Both the position numbers and the translations under genes were made by a program. Below, in pieces: positions 40,122 to 50,710 of a stretch of DNA of 64,000 nucleotides. This stretch comes from Azolla caroliniana (lineage: Eukaryota; Plantae; Polypodiophyta). Position 1 is the first letter of the stretch; the number at the start of each line of letters is the position of its first letter. The notes beneath the pieces were generated by a model, which saw nothing but the letters and a program-made list of their open reading frames with translations, ran no database searches and had not been told where the DNA came from. The stretch lies in contig JBHGNT010000004.1 in assembly GCA_043228905.1 (NCBI GenBank), forward strand, positions 16,740,001 to 16,804,000, read 5' to 3'.

Positions 40122-43100
40122 GTGTCAATGATTGCTCGCATGATAAGGAGCAAAGCATCAGTGCCCCACGATATAATCCGGGCAGAGATGGGGAGCAGAA
40201 CCTATAATAACCAAGGCATTGTTCCGATCAGTGACATTTATCCAACATCTTTGGGAGCTCCCTAAACGAAGGTACCCAAGGTTGGCACTTATGTCATCAA
40301 GACAATTGGCTGAAAATGGAGACACTCATTGTTGGTATGTTAAAATGCAACAATGGTTCGAGTCACATGGCATGAGTATAAATGCACTACCCCCGTTCCA
40401 ATATAGCTTGGACTGTCCCCATCTCAATATGACCAAAGTGGAAAAGAATAGAGTGATCCGAACTGATATTATTAACTTAGAAAACAAGATAACATGGATC
40501 AGCCCCAAAATAGCACTTGGTACAAAGATGGCCCACTATAAGACACACTTCTTACATACATCGGAGGATGGATTTGTCATAAGGCCACCTTATATGGACA
40601 TACATCTATCCTATGCGCTGTGTAGTGTGATAGGGCAGCTGCGAACCTCATCACATCAGCTACAGATTGAGGTGGGCAGATATACACGACTACCTCTAGA
40701 AGAGAGAATTTGCCAATTGTGTCATCAAGGAGTGGAATCTGAAGAACACTATGTTTGTCATTGTAGTGTCTTTTATGAAATCAGAGGGAGATACCATTGC
40801 CTCTTTAAACAAGGCTTTGGCCCACTACACAAGGTAATGGAATATGAGGACCAAAGATGCCTAGGACTTTTCTTGCTCGAGCTCAAGAGACATCGGGAAA
40901 AGTTGTTGAAGAATACAGCCACACAAGCTCATCCACAAAGAACAATCACAACTTTCTTTAGCTCCATCACTCCTAATGCTAGAAGTCAACCCCAGGATAC
41001 AGAAATGGGATCCAAACCAGGATATAACAAACGGGTTACGATTGATCGGGCAATGGCAATTTGCCGTGCACGTAGGCCCCGGCCCCATGGACCACAACCT
41101 CGACACCCTTGTCATCGACAAATAAAAACCATTATCTCCCGCCATCGTAGGTGCTTCCCTCGCTTCGGAGACATTTCCATTCTGGATCGACCTATGATAG
41201 AGATCTTTCGGAGACAAAAGCTACAATATACCTAACTTGAGAATCTCGCATGTGCCAAAAACCAGATTCTCTCATCTCTTTTCTTTTCATCTTATTTACT
41301 TTTATATTTACTGTGTAATATTTACTTTATTTTGATTTGTTCTCAAAGACGAGAAAACATTTAAGATGTAATCTCTTATTCGGTCTTATAGGCCATTTGG
41401 GCCTCTTAAAAGACGTTAATATCTTTCTTCTTCTTCTTCTTCTTCTTCTTCTTCTCTCTCTTGTCACCCTATGAGTATTAATGGAGGAAAGTCACCTTGG
41501 TGGTAAAGGTTTATATTGTTGCTTCGTAGACTTTAAGAAAGCTTTTGATATGGTACCTCGTGAGCATCTTTGGTGGCGAATGGAAGAACTCAAGGTGCCA
41601 AGTGAATATATGCTTGCAATCTCCCGAATATATGCGCAATAAACTTTCAGATTTTTTTCAATAGCACTATTGGTGTTAAGCAAGGATGCCCACTCTCACC
41701 AACTCTATTTGATTTATGCATTGATAAATTGGAAGAAATGGTTGCCAAGTTTGTAAAGGAAGAAGGTGTTGAAGAAGTTGCAATTGGGAATGTTGTCATT
41801 ATACTTTTGCTACATGCAGATGATGTAGTGCTTTTTGCAAATACTTTAGGTGATGCGCAAAAGCTTGTGAAGGCATTGGAAAAAATTTGCATGCATACTA
41901 AATTAAGTGTCAATAGCTTTAAAACAAAGATTATGCTTGTGAAGAGCCAAAAAAAAGATAAGCCCTACATTGTGTATAATAACAAGCCACTTAAATGTGT
42001 GAAAAGTTTCGAACATCTTGGCCATGAAGTTCCTTCAAATCATAGATGGAATGAATGTGCTACACACCGCTTAGAGGCAAGAAAGTGAGCATATTATGCA
42101 TTTGAGAACACGTGGAATCATGGAGATATTAAGAGTTGGGTCCTCAAGAAATACCTTTTCGACAGTTTGGAGACACTGGTGGTTCTCTATGGGGTGGAAG
42201 TATAGGGTGGTGGCATCCCTAAATCTACTTGGAAAGAGTTTGAAAATGTCCAAAAACATATTCTTACAAAGTTTCTACAAGTTAAGAAATAAACATCATA
42301 CATTCTCCTCCTCCTTGAGACGGGATCACTTTCCATTGAGATTATGGCCATGGAAAGGGTTGATGAATACGTGCTTAAGGTTCAAAAAAGTCCCTCATAT
42401 CGACGTCTTAGAATTGCATGGGAAGCATGCAAAAAGATCCAAAAGATGCGTTAAAGCAAAATTTTGTGTTCCAATTGGACGCAAGATATGAAAAGGTGGT
42501 TTGGTAGAGGGGATGCAACACATTTGTTTCATGATGCATCACTAGATTCCTCTGTAAATGAGGCCTTTTGCAACGCCAGTGTATCATGACATGGGAAAAA
42601 TGTGGAGACTCACGCTTCACACATTATACTACACATGTTGCACCTAACAATAGAACCATATTCTTCGCAAAACGGGGACACCATACACAAGTGATGATAG
42701 TGGTCGACTATGCACACTTTGCCCTAAACATGTTCGAGAGTCTGAGTGTCACACTTTGATACAATGCTTTGCCTTTGATCATATTCGACCATGCTTTCCA
42801 CACATCTTCGACCAAGCCCAATCCTTGCACGAATTTCTCTCACAACCGCAATGTGCACTCTTGATTGCAACATTCATTAGTAAAGTTCTTGAACATCAAG
42901 AGTCGCTACTCACTTCCACACATATCACGTGAAATGTAATATTTTTTGTCTTATTAGTCATATTTGACCTTTGAAGACGATAATATAATCTATCTCTCTC
43001 TCGAACATCAAGAGTTACTACTCACTTTCACATGTATTAAGTGAAACATAATATTTTTTGCCTCATATGTCATATTTGACCTCCAAAGACAATAATAGAA

Positions 43101-46100
43101 TCTATCTATCTCTAGCCCCATCAATCCTATTAATGCTACAAGTCAACCAAGGGATACAAATGGGCTCTTGACCAAGACATAACAAAGGGGTTACAATAGA
43201 TAAGGCAATAGTAATTTGTCATGCACGTAGGCCCCGGCCCCACATGTAACACATCCGATGTGTTGAGGTGTTCCGTGATCAGAACCACAACTCGCCACCT
43301 TGACGGATTGAGGTGAGGGCCTTTCTCGACGGGTAGAGAAGGCCCCTTGAGTCGTGGGCTTCTAGATCTTCTCGACAGATGGAGAAGACCCCCATGACTC
43401 ACAACGTGAATTAAGCTGGACAGAGGATGGTTGGGGGGTATGTTCAGTGGGTTCAAATACTTCACCGCCGAAAAACCAGATTCTTTAGTCTCCTTTTATC
43501 TTATTTATATTTACTTAGTGATATTTATTTTATTTTGATTTGTTGTTCTCAAAGACGAGACAACACCTAAGATGTAATCTCTTGTTTGGTCTTATAGGCC
43601 ATTTTAGCCTCTTAAAAGACGTTAATAGCAATTTGTCGTGCACGTAGGCCCCGGCCCCATGGACCACGACCTCAACACCCTTTCCATCGACAGATAAAAG
43701 CCATTATCTCCCGCCATCGTAGGTGCTTCCCTCGCTTCGGAGACATTTCCATTCTGCATCGACCTATGCTAGAGATCTTTCGAAGACAAAAGCTACAATA
43801 TATCTAACTTGAGAATCTCACATGTGCCAAAAACCAGATTCCCTAGTTTCATTCCTTTTCATCTTATTACTTTTATATTTACTGTGTCATATTTATTTTA
43901 TTTTGATTTGTTCTCAAAGACGAGACAACACTTAAGATGTAATCTCTTGTTTGGTTTTATAGGCCATTTTGGCCTCTTAAAAGAGGTTAATATTTCTTTC
44001 TTTCTTTCTCTCTTCAGAAGTGGTGGCTAGCACAATCGGGGTGAAGCAAGGATGCCCACTATCACTCACTCTCTTCAATCTCTTTATAAATGAGGTATCA
44101 CATTACATGGCAAGTATAGCTATACAAATATTACTATATGTTGATTCCTGACTCTCCAGAGGGACTACAAAGACATCTTAAAATGTAATCTCTTGTTTGG
44201 TCTTATAGGCCATTTTGGCCTCTTAAAAGACATTAATATATCTTTCTTTCTTTCTTTCTTTCTTTCTTCTTCAATCTCTACATAGATGCCATTATTTGCC
44301 GCCATCACAAGTGCTTCCTTGTTTCAGAGACCTCTCCATTATGGATTGATCTATGCTAGAGACCTTTCAAAGACAAAAATCAAAATCTATCTAACTTGAA
44401 AATCTTCAATGGACCAATAAAAAGATTCTTATCTTGTACCTTTTTCCTTGGCAAAATTGGTTTCTTGTTCTCAAAGACGAGGCAACACTTAAGATGTTTG
44501 GTATTTTAGGCCATTTTGGCCTCTTAAAAGACATTAATATATCTTTTTTTATTTCACTCGTAGGTCTTATACACAAATGGGCTCCCAACCAAGACACGAT
44601 AAAAAGGTTACAACAGATCAAGCAATAGCAATTTGCCGTGCACATAGGCCCCGGCTCCATCTAGATGCCGGCGGAGAAGCCTGGGATATGGGGACCACGA
44701 TCTCACCACCATTGTCATCGACAAATAAAAGCCATTATATTCCTCCATCGCAAGCCCTTCCCTTGCTTCAAAGACCTCTCCATTCTAGATTGACCAATGC
44801 TACAGACCTTTCGAAGACAAAAATTATAATATATCTGACTTGAGAATCTAACATGTACCGAAAACAAGATTCTTTGGTCTCTTTTTCATCTTATTGACTT
44901 TTTTTTTTTACTTATTTTGATTTGTTGTTCTCAAAGATAGGACAAAACTTATGATGTAATCTCTTGTTTGGTCTTAGTGGCCATGTTGGCCTCTTAAAAA
45001 ACATTAATATATCTTTCTTTCTCTATTAGGTCTTTATACAAATGAGGTATCGCATTATGTAGAGAGATTTAGAGGTTTCAGGATCATGCTTCGTAGGTAT
45101 AGCCAGACAAATATTACTATATGCTTATGATATTCTGCTAGGCCCATCAAGGTGTTAGCCATGCAAAGAGTATAAATGTATATCATAAAAGTCAGGAATA
45201 TGTTGATCATAGATTGCGAAAATAAGCCTGGAATATTGGATGCAAGGTAAAAAAAACTAATAAGAGCAAAATCCTCACATCTAGCTCAATGCATGACTTA
45301 ATGGAGCAGTTTAAAATACGGAAAGTAACAAAGCCATTAGAGTTCTCTAGTGATGCTATGAAGTATGCGACCATCAAGTATAGATTACTAGAGGCACTAA
45401 GAATGAAGTGGCACTACACTAAAATGTCAAATTTGGAGTATTACATTGCAAATTTTGACCCTGAATGTTGGGCTCAATGCAAGGTAATGCCAAAACTAAT
45501 CCACCACATATTACTACCCCAAGTAGTAATGTGGAGCCTTGGGGTACTTGAAGAGCCTTAACACTCCTTCGAACTTGCTTACACAATTAGGTGTTGAGGT
45601 AGCATCACCCAAGTATGAAGATGTGCAGGTATGCAATGACAACCTAGTAGAGGATGAATATAACTACATTCTTTTATGTTCATCATATAAGGTAATGCGC
45701 ATGAAGTATGATGACTTGCAAGATGGGCATGATAATTTACATGCCATACTCAATTGTCCACCAAGGAGGGTGAGTACATATGTGCATGTATGATTTCCAC
45801 ATAGAAAGTTTTTACTGCAGAGTAGTAACCCTCCTTAGGAAGGTGTCACATGCAAGATGATATGTTGATTTGGTTCTATAGGTCAAATTAGCCTCCTCAT
45901 GGATGATAAAGATACATTATATTCTATTATCTACATCTGTTAGCACATTTCAACCCGCCTAACCCGCCTACTCACCACCTCTGAGGCATACTTGCTCATA
46001 AGTCATCATGACCTTCCTTTCGGACCAAATCAGAAGATCACGTTGCAATGCTTACAATGTGAGGGTTGAGACCACCCTGAGAACATTCATTAATGGCCAA

Positions 46101-49100
46101 TCCTTCATGGAAGCAATTAACATTGCAAGATGAAAATATATACCACATGTGGAGTTCACAAGCATCACTATAACAATTTAAACAAAAGTAAGTTTTTAAT
46201 ACCTCATGACGAATTACAAGTTCCACAAGGACCTCAATAGTTAGATCAAACAACGTTGGTACCTGAACCAGTATACCAGTCACAATATGTACACCTCCCA
46301 GCACTGTTTGTTTTAACATTTTAAAATTCTCAAATGTGCACCTGTAATGAGTCATATAAAAAGCATAGAAGAGGATGTGATGCTATACTTCCTTGCGGAA
46401 TCTCCAAAAAACAGCCAACCCGAACCTTTGAAGCACAGAATGCAATAGTCAGCAATACTCGTTTGGAATAAGAGGTCAACTACATAATAAGTGTATAGCA
46501 TACCCAACTCAGCATGCTTCGTAAAACCTTCTTATGTCTGTCATGTGATTCTGAGATCATTGATGCTTCTTTAGTCTGCTGCAGTAAGAATTCTAAAACA
46601 GACCCAGTATGTGACAAGATCTGCTCCAAGAACTCAGTAAGAAATGCCTCAATTAGATAATCATTCCGAAACAATAGAGGTTACACTATGAGGCGAACAC
46701 TAAAGTTCCTATGTAGGTTAACAGCTATCTTTATTGATGCAGAAAACATCAATCCAAGTGCCCTTATACAAAATAGCAAACAGAAGAGTTTAATCTTATA
46801 TGTTGCTTCAAGCAACCACAGAACTAAACTATGTGACATGAAACATGTCACAAGTGCAGGTATTTTCAAGCACATGTAGCTGTTATTGAAAACACTTATT
46901 GTTTAGTATTCCTTGGAAACCAATATTTAGATGCCTCAAGCAATAAAGACACTAAACTGGTGTGTGATGGATATGTAACTCTTTTTGTGAACATCCCTTT
47001 TTACCATTTTTTTAGTATTATTGTTATCGTGACTCTAAGAGTAGCAAAAATTTACAAACATTCTTCCCAAGAGTATTTTTGGGGAACCGTAATATTTTGA
47101 ATCAAGGGAAAACATATTTTCCTTTACAGAAAATTATCAAGTGAAATACAGAAGCACGATGCCAAACAATAAAGCCACTGTAGTATACAAGATCATGCAA
47201 TAATTTTTCTAAATGCAATCATCAAATCTTTGAGTGATGTAAACAAAAATGACATACACTAAATGCACATGAGCAAACTTGGACTTCCATTCCAGTTGAG
47301 GCAAAATCACCCAAAATATGTGGAAAAACATTGAGACAATTAATCACCTCTTGAGTGAAGTTCCATCTCCGGACTGCATCAACTGTTACATTTACAGTGT
47401 TGTCCTCAATAACTTCTTCCGGTAAAACTGTCAGCAGCTCCAATATGGCATTGCTACCCACTCCCTGCCCTTGAAATTCATATAAACTTGCAAACAACTG
47501 TTCAACTGGTTTTTTCAACTCCACTGCTCGCAAAACCAATGCTGATAAGGCAAGACATATCTGCGTCAAAAGCTGATACAAAGGGCACGTATAACTCATT
47601 ATGTATCGAAGGCCTCCAATTTGACAGTATTTCTACTATCATGAAACTCTTAGTGGTTATTGAGTAATATTATAGATATATATTACTGACCTGAGGAGGA
47701 CCACTACTGAACCTCTTTGCTGAAGCGATCAGAGCTGCCTGCAAAGCACCCCTATAGTCAGCTTGGAGAGTCACTCCTTCAGCTTGAATCTGTACATGGA
47801 TTGAAAACTGATCAGACTCTGACGCTAGATGATACATATTTATCCAGAGATTCATAATATAGCAAGTTCAGTTTTTGTGTGTTCAGAGAGTTAATCCATA
47901 GCACAATTTCCTTCATGTAAGGATGTTACCATAGTTGGACCTTACTTTGTCCCTTATCTCATAATCCTCATTGTACAAGCATGAGTACACATGCTATGTG
48001 TGCATTATTGGCAACTGTCAGCATTATTGGCTATGGTCATCATAGATAAACAAGTGGACTGTAAAATGGAACTTCCAAAGTGACACATTAACTAAAAGAT
48101 TGTGGTGTGTGCATGAAATAGAGAAACACGTCATATATTATAGACCTTATCAAACCAAATGTTTAGACATTCATTCAGAAACCATTTTCTGTACTGGATA
48201 GAACTAAAGTTAATTTGTTTTAGCTTGCTTTCATTGGAATCTTGAATCAATACTATGAAAGTCAACCTTGGTTCTTGTTGTTGTTTTATTTGTTTCACAG
48301 TTTTTTTTTAAATGTGTCGTACTAGATGAACCAACATGATGTAGAAAAATGTATTGTGCTGCATCGTGCAAAAATATAGGAGTATAAGCATGTGGTAGAG
48401 AACATGTGGCATAGATCATGATTAATCTTGTTAAAACTTAACCCCATGACATGGCTGGGTTTAGGGTTTAGGGTTTAGGTTGAACTATTATGAAAACCAA
48501 TTGTAGCTGCCAATCATAGTTAGTCTACTTAGTTTCACGTTTTCCAGATTAAAGCATGTCATGAGAGATCAATTTCAAACATCAACAACAATCTTTGGTT
48601 ACACATGCCCAATAACATATGATAGAAAGAAAATGCATAACGTTGATCATGACAGCTATTAGGTCTGGCCATGGATTTGGTAGCATTTTCTGAACTGAAT
48701 AAAATAAAAGTGCATTCTTTGTGATTTGATCAAACGAGCTGCTGGAGTTAAGTATTCTGACCTTACATTTCAGTGTTTGTAGTTAACGCTCAATGACTGT
48801 TCATTTTGTTTCATCGAATATTCAAAATAAACATGTTCCACGCTATGTAGACACACTGGATGTGTTGACAGAAATTTTTAGTGTGCATCTGTGATAGATA
48901 AGAGCACACCATGGATCTATGTAGACACACTGGATGTGTTAACAGAAATTTTTGGTGTGCACGTGTGCTAGAGAAGAGCACACCATGATCACGACAGACA
49001 TATTCATTTCAGATGTTTGGATATGGATTCAGAAACCATTTGCTGGACGGAATAGGATTAAAGCTCATTTTTTCCCATTTCATTGAATAAAGAGCACTGG

Positions 49101-49577
49101 TCAAGATTTCTGACTTTACACTTGAATCCTGGATAAGTTGATGATGAATGTTAATTGTAGCCGTTTGTGGTAATTTAAATTGTTAGATTTAAGTTTCCAA
49201 TAAATTGCTACATTTAAGTTTCCAACGTAAAAGTGTGCCATGCTCAGCAAACAAACTGAATGTTTAAGCATGATTTAGAAATCATTATCTAAACTGAATG
49301 GGATTGAAATTCATTATGTTTGTGATCTCATCAATTAAAACGGTAAAGGGGTAGACAAGAATTGCACTCTCACCTTACGCTTGAGGATTTGAGCAGCAAA
49401 AAGCTGGACTTCCAGAGGATAAGGAATGTCAGAGTTAAGAATGGCAGTGGCTGCCTCCCACGCAGAATCACTGTGCTGAAACTGCACCAGCCACTGGTTG
49501 GCAGCTACCCGGTTGCATGATTGTGCATCATGGTTCAGAACTTGCACTGCTTGTGCAACTTGCATATGCAGTTCCAT
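22493..49577 (-). CDS. TNPO3: Importin-beta family karyopherin, transportin-3/importin-13-like (At1g12930 type); 24 coding exons, 1006 aa, intact
   Basis: All introns are GT-AG with consistent phases; the exon sum is 3021 nt. Motifs: [22 protein letters not shown] (IBN_N), [21 protein letters not shown] (Xpo1-like), [55 protein letters not shown]. The symbol is family-level; orthology versus MOS14/IPO13 was not tested. Confidence 0.93.
22960..23076 (-). CDS. Transportin-like exon 23
   Basis: cag|VHKATTLLQ...SLVNA|gtatg, 117 nt. Confidence 0.9.
23480..23637 (-). CDS. Transportin-like exon 22
   Basis: cag|FLEAG...[11 protein letters not shown]|gtatg, 158 nt. Confidence 0.92.
24013..24124 (-). 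CDS. Transportin-like exon 21
   Basis: cag|DVVIAAG...[17 protein letters not shown]+C|gtaag, 112 nt. Confidence 0.92.
24200..24387 (-). CDS. Transportin-like exon 20
   Basis: cag|[12 protein letters not shown]...LRCCPK|gtgac, 188 nt. Confidence 0.92.
25437..25529 (-). CDS. Transportin-like exon 19
   Basis: cag|[10 protein letters not shown]...ECFIRT+G|gtata, 93 nt. Confidence 0.88.
25622..25809 (-). CDS. Transportin-like exon 18
   Basis: cag|LGLILSHL...FWPLLE...IIQAS+G|gtgca, 188 nt. Confidence 0.9.
25961..26046 (-). CDS. Transportin-like exon 17
   Basis: cag|LKTEEGSS...VRALI+AG|gtata, 86 nt. Confidence 0.85.
26336..26485 (-). CDS. Transportin-like exon 16
   Basis: aag|GVHRMG...EEEDIISAI...AIEVL|gtaag, 150 nt. 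Confidence 0.88.
26575..26710 (-). CDS. Transportin-like exon 15
   Basis: cag|SFLASG...ALRKLCEE...LWIGE|gtatg, 136 nt. Confidence 0.9.
26804..26883 (-). CDS. Transportin-like exon 14
   Basis: cag|[14 protein letters not shown]...PPL+CT|gtaag, 80 nt. Confidence 0.9.
27800..27970. repeat. ~72-bp imperfect tandem repeat in intron 13
   Basis: CAGAAACTCAA...AAACCAGAT.TACCAGT...GTAAAGTCTT..TTCCACAGAT repeated about 2.4 times. Confidence 0.75.
28056..28169 (-). CDS. Transportin-like exon 13
   Basis: cag|[13 protein letters not shown]...TLIHL|gttag, 114 nt. Confidence 0.86.
28650..31270 (+). mobile_element. 5'-truncated RTE/RTEX-like LINE (RT, C-terminal CCHC finger, (TTTC)n tail) in intron 12
   Basis: NYRTI, QAGFQKG...[49 protein letters not shown] and [17 protein letters not shown]; several stops and frameshifts. 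The left boundary is approximate. Confidence 0.9.
31888..31968 (-). CDS. Transportin-like exon 12
   Basis: aag|VLSGSW...[15 protein letters not shown]|gtaag, 81 nt. Confidence 0.85.
32942..33067 (-). CDS. Transportin-like exon 11
   Basis: cag|MLQY...[17 protein letters not shown]...FVAK|gtaat, 126 nt. Confidence 0.88.
33586..33703 (-). CDS. Transportin-like exon 10
   Basis: cag|CTLAEFIL...LFLRAE|gtaaa, 118 nt. Confidence 0.9.
33897..36103 (+). mobile_element. Two stacked RTE/RTEX-like LINE copies in intron 9 (33897-~34327 and ~34333-36103)
   Basis: Near-identical to 29637-31270. Each ends in the same 3' terminus plus a TTTC tail. There is an internal ~117-bp duplication at 35327-35560. Confidence 0.9.
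36250..37600 (+). mobile_element. Older, heavily deleted LINE RT fragments in intron 9
   Basis: [20 protein letters not shown] and [15 protein letters not shown]. Confidence 0.75.
38848..38904 (-). CDS. Transportin-like exon 9
   Basis: cag|(S)[18 protein letters not shown](W)|gtatg, 57 nt. Confidence 0.9.
39017..39078 (-). CDS. Transportin-like exon 8
   Basis: cag|[20 protein letters not shown]+AG|gtcat, 62 nt. Confidence 0.88.
39730..39858 (-). CDS. Transportin-like exon 7
   Basis: cag|ALPLVL...LSEIGQV|gtatg, 129 nt. Confidence 0.9.
39910..41461 (+). mobile_element. LINE 3' stub (39910-40120, (CT)n tail) directly followed by a 1.3-kb LINE 3' copy with open 338-aa C-terminal ORF and (TTC)n tail
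   Basis: ORF 40219..41235 with [18 protein letters not shown]; shared 3' terminus. Confidence 0.9.
41462..43112 (+). mobile_element. Second RTE/RTEX-like LINE family (RT, deleted), with a duplicated 3' end (43003-43112)
   Basis: [38 protein letters not shown] and LYGVEV; terminus GTCATATTTGAC...TCTATCTCTC occurs twice. Confidence 0.85.
43113..45935 (+). mobile_element. Chain of at least 6 further LINE 3' ends and RT scraps in intron 6
   Basis: GGCCA(T/G)TTT(A/G)GCCTCTTAAAA termini at ~43597, 43961, 44208, 44509 and 44979; a divergent family at 45140-45935 with [16 protein letters not shown]. Confidence 0.82.
46203..46262 (-). CDS. Transportin-like exon 6
   Basis: cag|[20 protein letters not shown]|gtatt, 60 nt. 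Confidence 0.9.
46342..46425 (-). CDS. Transportin-like exon 5
   Basis: aag|[10 protein letters not shown]...YDSLQ|gtgca, 84 nt. Confidence 0.88.
46504..46620 (-). CDS. Transportin-like exon 4
   Basis: cag|ILSHT...RSMLSW|gtatg, 117 nt. Confidence 0.9.
47348..47572 (-). CDS. Transportin-like exon 3
   Basis: cag|LLTQICL...NFTQE|gtgat, 225 nt. Confidence 0.92.
47691..47789 (-). CDS. Transportin-like exon 2
   Basis: cag|IQAEG...SSGPPQ|gtcag, 99 nt. Confidence 0.9.
48457..48479. repeat. Interstitial plant telomere repeat, about 3 x TTTAGGG (telo-boxes), in intron 1
   Basis: GGGTTTAGGGTTTAGGGTTTAGG read directly. Confidence 0.85.
48843..48986. repeat. 74-bp-period tandem duplication in intron 1
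   Basis: CTATGTAGACACACTGGATGTGTT...AAGAGCACACCATG occurs twice. Confidence 0.88.
49374..49577 (-). CDS. Transportin-like exon 1
   Basis: ATG...AAQILKRK|gtgag, 204 nt. Confidence 0.92.
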
Positions 49578-50710
49578 TCGTTTCTTGCTTGATTCCTTTT
49601 AATCCTTCCCTTTCTAGCTGCTTCTTCTTCCTACTAGTTCCTTTCCCTGACTCTCCTTCTACTGCTTCCTTTCATTTATTCATCTTCTTTCCCTCCTTCC
49701 TACTGCTTCCTTACCCCAATACTCTTTCTACTGCTTCCTTTTATTGATTCTTCTTCTTATGCTTCTTCCTTCTTTTCCTTATTCTGTCCTCTATCACTTC
49801 CTTTTCTTGATTCTTATCAGTCCTACTGATTTGTTTCGTTCTTATTCTTCTATTGCATCTCCTTGATTCTTCTTCTTTTACACTACTTCTTTTTCATGAT
49901 GTCTCTTCCTCCTAGTACTCCTTCCCTTCTCCTAATGAGTTCTTAATTCTTATTATTCCTTCTACTTCCCCTTCCCCTCTTCATCTTCTTCTAATTCCTT
50001 CTTCTGTTTCCTTCTCGTACTTCCTTTTTCCTCCCTCTCCTTTCCGCTTCGTCTTCTTTGTGCTTCTTGCAGCGTTCTAGTCCATGCGTGAAAATACAGA
50101 TTGAATTATATATTTGCGCCTGCAAAGCTCCAGAAACTGGATTGCAGAGCCAGAAATAGCTGCTTTCGAGATGATGGTGCCAACTACTCAGCATTCATAA
50201 GAAGAAAACCTTGCAATTTCACGTTACAGACAGCTGTGAAAATCGCTCCCATTCACAAAAACTTTCTGTAAACAAATTAGAACAACCTTCAGCTTACAAA
50301 GTGCTCAAGCTTTACTGGAGAACAGAACAAAGAATAGTTTCTAACACAACAGGTGAGAACGATCAAGTTCGGCAGGCAAAATTTAGATCTTTTTTGCTTA
50401 CTACGAGTTAAAGTTCTGCTGCAGAAGAAAAACGGGAAGAATGGTTTCTGCGAACAAATTCTGCAGGAGAAGAAAGAACGAAGAAAGAGTTAAGAAGACG
50501 AGGAAAGAACAAGACAAAACGAGTTCTGGTGAAGGAAGAACATAATGTCGTTTCGTGCAATCTGATGGCGATGGATCACAGCGAGACACGAGGGAATCTG
50601 CAGAAGAAGAAAGAACGTGATGTTGTTCAGTGCAATCGGATGGCGATTGGCTCACGGTAAGAAGAATTCCATGGAGGAAAATATAGGGGGAGGGAGAGGG
50701 AGAGGCTTTC
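49578..50710 (-). promoter_or_regulatory. Probable long 5' UTR of the transportin-like gene: purine-rich leader and a possible UTR intron (50120-50401)
   Basis: The sense strand at 49590-50070 is almost only A/G (GAA repeats). Donor CGTA|GTAAGC at 50401; acceptor TTTGCAG at 50120; CT-rich upstream segment. Confidence 0.5.

Noticed and set aside
43243-43466. Cassandra (5S rRNA-bearing) LTR
   Set aside because: Only TTAAGC and AGGATGG resemble 5S boxes and their spacing is wrong; insufficient evidence.
49578-50194. Lys/Glu/Arg-rich N-terminal extension of the transportin
   Set aside because: Stops interrupt the purine tract, and family similarity begins at the Met at 49577.
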